The position numbers and the translations under genes are program-made. DNA of 64,000 bases from Folioceros fuciformis (Eukaryota): contig JBNGIO010005941.1 of assembly GCA_049999805.1 (NCBI GenBank), positions 1 to 64,000 of the forward strand. The letters are read 5' to 3'. Shown one piece after another: positions 13,975-22,310 of this stretch (within the stretch, counting starts at the first letter, position 1; every line of letters starts with the position of its first letter). The notes below the pieces were generated by a model. It was not told the DNA's origin and searched no databases. It was given only the letters and a program-made list of their open reading frames with translations.

Positions 13975-15997
13975 AAGGGCACAACGGGGGCCGCTTCTTC
14001 TAAGTCGGCTTTGGTAGCCAGAGTCGATGGACTTGCAAGAAATGGTAGACTCCTGGGCATCAGCGTGGGAGCCGTGTATATTCGGCATTTAATGTCCAAG
14101 CAGCACCGTCGGCTTATTACAGCCGAAGGCTATGACCTGGACATGACGTACATAACAGACCGGCTGGTGGCCATGGCCTACCCAGCGCAGAAAATGCAGT
14201 CATTGCTCAGGAATCCCATGTGGCAAGTGCGTGCGGCCCTGGATAATCGCCATGGCTCCCACTATAAGGTGAGGACTCTGCTGCCTGCCTGAATCGAAGG
14301 GGAAGGTGGTCGAATCTGTCGTGGTTCCAACAGTATGTGCCGTTATTCGTATTTTTTGTGCCACCTGTGATGGGAGGGGAATAAACGAGAAGAGGTTGGG
14401 AAAGTGGCACAAACAACTGCCTGACAGCGACAATTCCTTCATCCTGCAGGTGTATAACCTTTGTGCAGAGGCTTGTTATGATCCTCAGAATTTCCATGGT
14501 CGTGTTGAGATGTGCCCTTTTGAGGATAATCACGTACCACCCTTCTCTTTGATCAAACGTTTCTGCGAGAGTGTGCAAGACTGGCTCGCCGCGGACCCTC
14601 AGAATGTGGCAGTGGTGCATTGCATGGTATGTAACCGCAACAATTTCGTGTGCATTGGTCTGCTTCGTCGATTTGTTCCATGTCTTGTGCTAACGTTAGC
14701 TTCGCATGTACACGCGTGGTTCCAGGCAGGGAAAGGACGGACTGGATTGATGACTTGCTGCTATCTTGTTTTTAAGGGTATGCCGGCCGAAGAAGCTCTT
14801 AAGCTGTATGCAGACCGTCGTTCGACTAATAATGAGGGGGTCAGTTTTCAACCAATGTGCCTTGCTGCCTCGCACGAGTTCTTTCTCCTCTGTCTGGCCT
14901 GACTGTTCATGAAGAGCCAACAGATCTGGTTGTTGCGTGATATGTGTTCTAGGTTTCCATAGCAAGTCAACGGCGGTATGTAGGATTCTGGGCGAAGATA
15001 GTTGAGCCTGCCATTAAGTCTGGCACTGAGGTCCGTGTACCACCGTCAGTAACCAGAGAGCTTCGCAGAATTCGTCTATACGACACAGTGGGTACAGTCA
15101 AGTTCAGGATTTTGCAGCTCATGGAGGTAGTCACAATGCCCTTTTCTTTCAGCAAGTTGGATGTTGGACAACTTTTGGGTCTGCTCTCTAGAGAACTGAG
15201 GGGTGTGCTCTCGAGAATTACCTGTCCGTTTGCCACCTGTTGAAGGTATGTGGACGTGGTTGTTAACTGCTGCTGGACGATGTGTGCGAGTGTGCAGACA
15301 CCAGAGCAGTTATTCAAACCAGCAGTAGAAGTGGCTTCTGGGATTTGCCAATCTATGAGGAAGGGTCTTCACCGATCTGTGAGCCCACGTTACTATCTGT
15401 CATTTCTTTCACGCGATGGTGAAGAAACGAAGGCTGAAGCTGACAAGGCCAGATGGGTTGTGCAAATGGAAACGGAAACGACAGGAGGTCAAAAGAGGCC
15501 CTACCTGGAGTACTACTTCGAAAAGCCACTCCCTGTATGCGCCCTCGCCCACTTCCGCTGTTTTCTGAGGCTGTTGCTTTGTTCCAAGTCTTTCTTTTGC
15601 CTTACACACATTTATGACGTCTGGCCTGCTCTTGATGACAGATAACAGACGACTTTAGAATAATATTTTATGACAAAAGTGGTTCAAGAATGTTCTACGC
15701 CTGTTATAACACGAGTTTCATTCAAGATAGCTCGATCGAGGTGCTTCACCTTCCTTCATCTTGTACTTGCAGTGTCCCCCATGTCATTGGTGTCTTGGGC
15801 TAACCACATCTCGTCTTGTCGAACCTGTGAACCACCTGCAGCTGAGCCGCGGAGATATGGACAAAGATAGCGGGACCCACGCATGTGGCCGCTCGTTTGC
15901 TGCTGAGTTACTCTTTGGGCCCTTGGGAACTCACTATCCCGTCCAGCCGGAATTGCCCACATTGGACGGGGGTGACAACGTCGATGAACTGTTTTAG
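13975..15997 (+). CDS. PTEN1: PTEN1-like phosphoinositide/dual-specificity phosphatase, multi-exon; true start uncertain
   Basis: YIRHLMSKQHRRLITAEGYDLDMTYITDRLVAM, FEDNHVP loop, P-loop HCM|AGKGRTG split by an intron, GVSIASQRRYV, C2-like exons, ends DNVDELF-TAG. An in-frame TAG at 13972 may be a splice acceptor; the first in-frame ATG is at 14092. Confidence 0.9.
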
Positions 15998-17673
15998 AGG
16001 TGCCGAGTTCTGCAGATCAAATCAAGGTTAGTTATTTTGGATTGGTCCGTGATGAGACTTCGTCCAGGATGCTCTGGACGCTTGGGTGTAGGACACTGCG
16101 CGTGAACTTCGCGTGCAGATAGGAAGGTGTGTGTGCGAAATGTATATTTTGTAGCTTGGTACTCCAATGATGAACATCTGGAGGCGCCTGCAGGGATATA
16201 GGTCCAAACGGGGCTGCGGCACGAAAATCTGCCTTCAGCATCATCTGTGCTTGCAGTTGCCACCGCATTTTCCGGTATAGGTGATTGATAAGCTACATCA
16301 CGCGGGTGTTCTTCCAGCAAGTAGAATGGTGGTTACATTATTGCATTTATTGTGTTGCTGGGAATATGAGTTTGCGTTTGTAATGGAGAATTTGATATAA
16401 CTTAACTTGAACAGTTCCATATACTCGTATACGGATAATAAAGTGTCTGCACTCAACTGGACCAGTCCCACAGAAGCATATTACTGATAATATGAAGTCT
16501 CTTTATTTTCATTAGGTAGTACTAACAATGGGTTGTCCATCGTGGAAAGAAATGGAATTTGGATTCAACCTCTCCACTAAGCGGACCTGGATGCGACTCT
16601 GCCCGGCGGTCGAGCACGATTCTTCTACCCTGACGCAAGGCAGGTTGCCAGTACATTATTTCTAGGGTATAGGGCGCTTCACGGAAACCATTACCAGCTG
16701 AAAGTCTGGGAGCGAGAAATTCAAGCTCAGAAGCGCCAATCCGATCTTTCGGGCAAGGGCCACCGCCCACTTCGCCTTGACTTGAATCTTGCCGATGCGC
16801 TTTGCTTACTCCTGCACCTCTCAACCTTATGTACACAAACTTACTGACGAAGGGGTGCCCACCTGCATGAAGCATGACGCATTGTCTTGCCCAAACTGCA
16901 GAACCTTCGGATCGGATCCCCCTCCCTCCGGCAACGCCGCCGCCGAGGGATCCAGGGTAGCGCATCAATGTAGCCGGTAGAGTTACTTGATTCACAAGAT
17001 GACAGATGAACACAGACGATCCAAGGATCCACTGTCCACAGACATGGTGTTCTTGGCATATCCATACACAAGTTCTGCACATTGTCTGCCTTCCGCACAA
17101 CCAACAAACATGACGACCAAGCTCGAACTTGCTGCATTCCGTGTACCTTTTGATTCAACCTAAAGCAAAATTAAATGGGATCTTGTCAAACGTACAGCTT
17201 TGCATCCTGAAAGCGTTGGGTATGGTTGATCACGCATGGAAGGGTTTTTGAAACTGGAAACTGACAATGAAAGTTCCATCTGCGAGGTCTGATGGTGGTG
17301 CGAAACCTCCACATAGAACTTTTATTGTCAGCTTTGACTGTTCCCTCACGTAGGGACAAATATGCAGGATGTCCAAGGCCTTGTCCGTGACAAAGCTTGT
17401 CACGGACCCCGCGAAGATTCGGTAGGCCCAGTAACACCTCTACGAAGCAAGTCGCGGTCGGTAATTCTGCTCGTTCTGCGCTCCCTTTGTTTCGTGCCTC
17501 TCGTTTCAAGCGTGTCCTATTTCCTTCTATCATAGGAAGCTGGGGTTCCTCTAAACAGGAACAACACCCCCTGATTGCATCTTGATCTGCAATCACAACG
17601 ACATCACACTCACCCTAAGGCTTTGCAACGCGTATCAGGAAAAACACCTACCACATCTGGAAGTCTGCAACTG

Positions 17674-17746
17674 CGATCACGATGGGACTCGAACCCACAA
17701 TCTCCCGCTCCGGAGGCGAGCGCCTTGTCCATTAGGCCACGCGATC
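17674..17746 (-). tRNA. tRNA-Arg(CCG), copy 1, canonical
   Basis: Minus strand GATCGCGTGGCCTAATGGACAAGGCGCTCGCCT-CCG-GAGCGGGAGATTGTGGGTTCGAGTCCCATCGTGATCG; 73 nt, folds as a cloverleaf, A and B boxes intact. Confidence 0.97.
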
Positions 17747-17839
17747 AATTGACCTCTAGTACGCAAATCGTTTTGTGCACTGAGTATCGTGCAGCCAACG
17801 TCTCACAGAGTTTCAACGGGTGTGTGACGTTTCCCGCTG

Positions 17840-17912
17840 CGATCACGAAGGGACCCGAACCCACAATCTCCCGCTCCGGAGGTGAGCGCCTTGTCCATTA
17901 GGCCACGCGATC
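17840..17912 (-). tRNA. tRNA-Arg(CCG), copy 2, variant/possible pseudogene
   Basis: Three substitutions versus copy 1: T-loop TTCGGGT (B-box A58 lost), a T-stem mismatch and an anticodon-stem mismatch. Confidence 0.85.
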
Positions 17913-18182
17913 AGTTACCCCCTGGCATCTGCTGCAGCGAAGCTTCGGTAGGCCCAGTAGCAAGTCGCGGTCGGTAATTCTGCTCGTTCTGCGCTCCCTT
18001 TGTTTCGTGCCTCTCGTTTCAAGCGTGTCCTATTTCCTTCTATCATGGGAAGGGGTTCCTCTAAAAAGGAACAACACCCCCTGATTGCATCTGCAACATA
18101 ATCACGACGACATCACACTCACCCTAAGGTTTTGCAACGCGTATCGGGAACAACGTCTACCACATCTGAGAGTCTGCAACTG

Positions 18183-18255
18183 CGATCACGATGGGACTCG
18201 AACCCACAATCTCCCGCTTCGGAGGCGAGCGCCTTGTCCATTAGGACACGCGATC
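18183..18255 (-). tRNA. tRNA-Arg(CCG), copy 3, variant
   Basis: Two substitutions versus copy 1: G10>T in the D-stem and G37>A; anticodon still CCG. Confidence 0.88.
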
Positions 18256-18335
18256 AATTAACCTATAATATGCAATCGTCTTGTGCACTCGGTATCGTGC
18301 AGGCAACGTCTACCACATCTGGAAATCTGCAACTG

Positions 18336-18408
18336 CGATCACGATGGGACTCGAACTCACAATCTCCCGCTCCGGAGGCGAGCGCCTTGTCCATCAGGCC
18401 ACGCGATC
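18336..18408 (-). tRNA. tRNA-Arg(CCG), copy 4, variant
   Basis: Two substitutions versus copy 1: A14>G and a T-stem G52>A mismatch. Confidence 0.88.
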
Positions 18409-18652
18409 AGTTACCCCCTGGTATCTGCTGCCGCGAACCTTCCGTAGGCCCAGTAGCACCTCTACGAAGCAAGTCGCTGTCGGTAATTCTGCTCGTTCTG
18501 CGCTGCCTTTGTTTCGTGCGTCTCGTTTCAAGCGCGTCCTATTTCCTCCTATCATAGGAAGCTCGGGTTCCTCTAAAAAGGAACAAACCCCTGCGATCAT
18601 GCCCGAAGCTCTTCATGTTGAAGAACTAATCCATTTGGCGGGTCTGTCACTG

Positions 18653-18725
18653 CGATCACGATGGGACTCGAACCCACAATCTCCCGCTCCGGAGGCGAGC
18701 GCCTTGTCCATTAGGCCACGCGATC
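18653..18725 (-). tRNA. tRNA-Arg(CCG), copy 5, canonical
   Basis: Identical to copy 1. Confidence 0.97.
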
Positions 18726-18803
18726 AGTTACCCCTCGCATGCATCTGTGTTGTCCACTGGGTATCGTGGGCAACGTCTAACAAATTCTCCCGGTCCGACA
18801 CTG

Positions 18804-18876
18804 CGAGCACGATGGGACTCAAACCCACAATCTCCCGGTCCGGAGGAGAGCGCCTTGTCCATGAGGCCACGCAATC
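18804..18876 (-). pseudogene. tRNA-Arg(CCG) pseudogene, copy 6
   Basis: About six substitutions, including the T-loop (TTTGAGT), the anticodon stem and A14. Confidence 0.85.
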
Positions 18877-19689
18877 GGACACAGCGTATTGCATCGTGAA
18901 TTTCATCTCCACATGGGCTTGCATCAACTCAGGAGAGTTGTTTACTCACTGTAGAGTAGGCCCATGCCGTCACATAGGTGTGAAGGGGTCAACGTGCAAT
19001 TCCCGTTCGATACATAAGGACTGTCAGCTGTTGTTTGTACATGCAGCGTGTCATGCAGGGTCCTCAGCACGTTCAAAATTTTGTAAAGTTGGAGCTCATC
19101 TGGGAGTTGGGGTTGCTAGAGAGCCTACTTACAAATCGCCAGGCCTCCGTCCCCGCGTATATCGAGCACGGGACGGAGCTGTAGCACACCGTGCGCGGGG
19201 TACCAGAAAAAGCAAGTATGTTATGTGCTGTTATGTGTAAGAATCAATTATAGTTAAGATGAACCCGTTCTTGATCCCGGGGTAGCCCGGGTTTGCTCTC
19301 TTTCCTTCGCCCTTTTGTCCGATCCTATTCTTCATTTTTATATTGTCTTGCAACTTGGACCCTTTTGGTAGCTTCACGTGGTGCTCTTGTGGAGACTTTG
19401 CATACATGTAGAAATCATATTTGGTTTGGTGGAAGGCTCCATCCTCTACAAGGCTTTGGGAAGAGCTACACATGCAAGCTTGGCACTTGGAAGGTCCTAA
19501 AGGAAGGAAGGGATGAGCATTGGCAAAGAGAATACCAAATGTCATATTTGACTTTCATGGTTTTTGTGCAACAACTATAAACTTTCCTAGTACGAACCTC
19601 ACACAACACACCAATACCATGTGATAAAGCTATTGCTTTGGTGTTTAAGGGAACATTCGTCATTGGAGTGGAAAACTAAAAGCAAAGCC

Positions 19690-20330
19690 CTCTATGGAAA
19701 AATTAGCTGATTATAGTGGTGTGTAGCACATGTGAAGGCAAGTCGTAGTTGGCGACTAAATGGTACTTGAAGATGTACGAAAAATTTAGCAAATTATATG
19801 AAGGGCTGAACTTTTCGGTGTTGTTTGAGAAGCCATTGTTCATTGGAATGGAAATCTCTAAACACAAGCGTGTAGAGTTCAGCGGGTTGATTGTAGTGGC
19901 ATGTAGCACTTGTGAATTCAAGTCGTAAGTGGGGACTAAATGGTACTGAAGATGTGTGGAAAATTTAGCAAATTACTTGGAAGGCTGAACTTTCAGTATT
20001 GTTTAAGATGCCATCGTTTATTGGAATGGAACTTCAAAAACACAAGCTTATAGAGCTCCGCGATTTGATTGTAGTGGTGTGTAGCACTTGTTAAGTGAAG
20101 TTGTGGTTGGGGATTGAATGACACTTGAAGATGTGTAGAAACTTCAGCAAACTACTTGAAAGGCTGAACTTATGGCGTTGTTTAAGAAGCCACTATTCAT
20201 GGAAGCAGAAAAATGGAAATACAAGCTTACACAACTAAACGAGCTGATTCTAGTGGTGTGTATCACTGTATCACTTGTGGGGATATGATGTATGTTGGGA
20301 CTGAATGACACTTGAACTTTTGGAAAAAAC
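19690..20330. repeat. Tandem repeat of ~179-bp unit, ~3.5 diverged copies
   Basis: GATT(G/A/C)TAGTGG recurs at 19709, 19889, 20067 and 20246 (spacings 180, 178, 179), with shared TGAAGATGT...GGCTGAACTT blocks. Confidence 0.85.
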
Positions 20331-20448
20331 CTTACGATATCAAAGCTAGCATAAACCAAAAGCTATGGCTAGTGCTGAAACCATTTTGTGTATTACTCCC
20401 CTTACTACCTTGTGTGCTTGGATGCTTGCACCAAGAGCTTGGCCAACT

Positions 20449-21081
20449 CTATTTGCGTGAATTGATGAGTTCAAGCACCTTCATGCTTTGCTCTAGCCTT
20501 GTTTTCTCCATGTTTTGAAGACTTTGCAACGTTGCTTTCTCCATAATCTGCATATTCTTTTGCTTCACAGCTTCAACTCTTGCCCCCGCCTTTGCAAAAC
20601 TATTGATTGATTCAACTATCTCGTCAATCCCAACACCCGAAAGCTTCCTTTTGGTTTTCTTGAAGACCTTCCTAGCTAAAACACCTTTTAATGACTTGAG
20701 TAAGAGGGAAATCACAGGAGTGATTGTCCCTGGATGTGGAAGGAGGAGTAGGACTTCTTGCAAGAGATGTAGGACGAAGAGAAGAGGTAGGAGGGAAGCT
20801 TGTAAGTGGGTTGTCAATGTGTGTCGACTCACACACCTTTAGACATTCCAGATACCACACCTTCACAAACACCTTGCAGTTAAATCAACAAAGCCTGGGT
20901 CATGAGAATTGGGCATTCCTACCACCTTTGGATTGTCTGCCATAAAGGAATGCAAAGCTTCCCGGTAAGCCTACTCGGAAGCATACACTCTCGTGCCAAG
21001 CATCTTAGTCTCTTGCTTATACTACTTCTCGAGGGAGTCCATTTTGTTGCGACATTGTATTCCTATTTGCACAAACCCCAT
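20449..21081 (-). pseudogene. Decayed Myb/SANT-like (trihelix) ORF, probably the DNA-binding ORF of a PIF/Harbinger-type element
   Basis: Minus strand reads GIQCRNKMDSLEK*YKQE...ASE*AYREALHSFM (trihelix QCxNKxDxL...SxWxY pattern) with TAG stops at 21022 and 20971; coiled-coil-like C-terminal ORF at 20449-20832. Confidence 0.65.
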
Positions 21082-21620
21082 GCAAAAGGGCGCAATGTTC
21101 AATGCGATAGTGTCCTAATGGTGGGAGGCAAAATTTTCTTTATGAAGATGGTTGATGTATACATCCTTATATTCCGAGATAAGAGTGCTGTCACCTATCC
21201 ATGGAGCCACATTTTGATTTTGACGCTTAAAAATTGCTGGGACTTGTAACTCAGATGTGCTTGGGACAAGTGCCATTTGAATTACTAGCATTCAGTATTG
21301 GGACAATGAATCCATGAAAAACAGATTATGCAACTTCATAGCAAATAGATTGGGCAATTGCATAGGAGACATAACAAGCAACTAGTTTATGAGAATCAAA
21401 GTGGGCAACCTGATGGTGACTGTCCAAGCAGCAAAGAGGAAGGTAGACTAGTGATCACATGTACCCAAGGTAGATATTGGGTACATAAATAAAAATGCAT
21501 GTCAAAGTTAGGGGAAAACAATGGGAAAGTAGCACTGACAGAACCGGAGTTCCATCAATTAATAGTAGGGTTGCTCCCTAGGGTGTCATTTTAACCGATT
21601 AATAGTAGGGTTGCTCCCTA

Positions 21621-21946
21621 GGGTGTCATTTTAACCGAGCTTGTTTCAGTCCTCAAGACCGTGCCTTTTTTTGGCTCTTGGTCATTACATATAATAAATA
21701 TTAAAAAAATTATTTAATAATATAAATATAAATGTTTGATACATCCAACTATGGAGACTACTCTTCCCTAGCTTTAACAATACGATTCCCTTTAATGGAA
21801 GGATTGTGCCTTTGTGGAACCGTAGGTCCCGAGAAACCATGGGGACCGAGGCTCAGGACCGGACGTTTTACTAGCCTCTGGTCCCCAATCCTTTTGACAC
21901 AAGAGGGGACCGGGACCGAGCTCGGGACGCAGTCAAAATGACATCC
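21621..21946. mobile_element. MITE-like element with ~15-bp terminal inverted repeats
   Basis: Left end GGGTGTCATTTTAAC, right end GTCAAAATGACATCC (reverse complement GGATGTCATTTTGAC); AT-rich core; second partial copy at 4017-4295; the left junction is duplicated as a 40-bp tandem (21559-21638). Confidence 0.75.
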
Positions 21947-22310
21947 TGACAATGACAATGCTCCCTACATTTAACGGACGGAGCCGTTCTTTTTATAAAG
22001 CCATTACGTGAACTGTGCTGAGGGCTGTCCATGATATGCCAATCATTTATTTGAATTTGATGCTCAAAATGGGAAAAGGTTGCTCACTTTTTCAACCCTA
22101 ATCGGCTGGATAGTAAGTACTTTCTAATAGCAATCTTTGAATGCTGAAGGGTCAAAATGCTTTACAATGCAAAGGAGTATGGGCACAGGAAAGGCACTCG
22201 GCCTGAGTTCTGCACCGGGGAGATCCAACAAACAGATGGATCTCTTTAACTCGTGACTCTGTTAAGAGAGTGGAAAGGAAGTGTGCTCCGAGCAAAGAAG
22301 GTAGTGATGT

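Larger units (their letters stand above)
17418..18598. repeat. ~160-bp non-tRNA element in three copies interleaved with the tRNA pairs (17418-17581, 17944-18091, 18440-18598)
   Basis: GTAGGCCCAGTA...GCAAGTCGCGGTCGGTAATTCTGCTCGTTCTGCGCT...CGTTTCAAGCG...GGTTCCTCTAAA(A/C)AGGAACA; copy 2 has short deletions. Confidence 0.92.

Noticed and set aside
16522-17158. 192-aa and 105-aa minus-strand ORFs
   Set aside because: No recognisable domain or splice structure; likely chance ORFs.
17446-17472. Resemblance of GCAAGTCGCGGTCGGTAATTC to 18S rRNA
   Set aside because: Short gapped similarity only; the flanks do not follow rRNA.
18183-18255. Possible anticodon switch in tRNA copy 3
   Set aside because: The loop reads CT-CCG-AA, so the change is at position 37 and the anticodon remains CCG.
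17674-18876. CRISPR-like repeat-spacer appearance
   Set aside because: The repeats are 73-nt tRNA genes, the spacers are related to each other and uneven in length, there are no cas genes, and the context is eukaryotic.
18281-19240. 319-aa ORF and other ORFs containing LRSRWDSNPQSPAPEASAL
   Set aside because: These are antisense translations of the tRNA copies and spacers, with no protein features.
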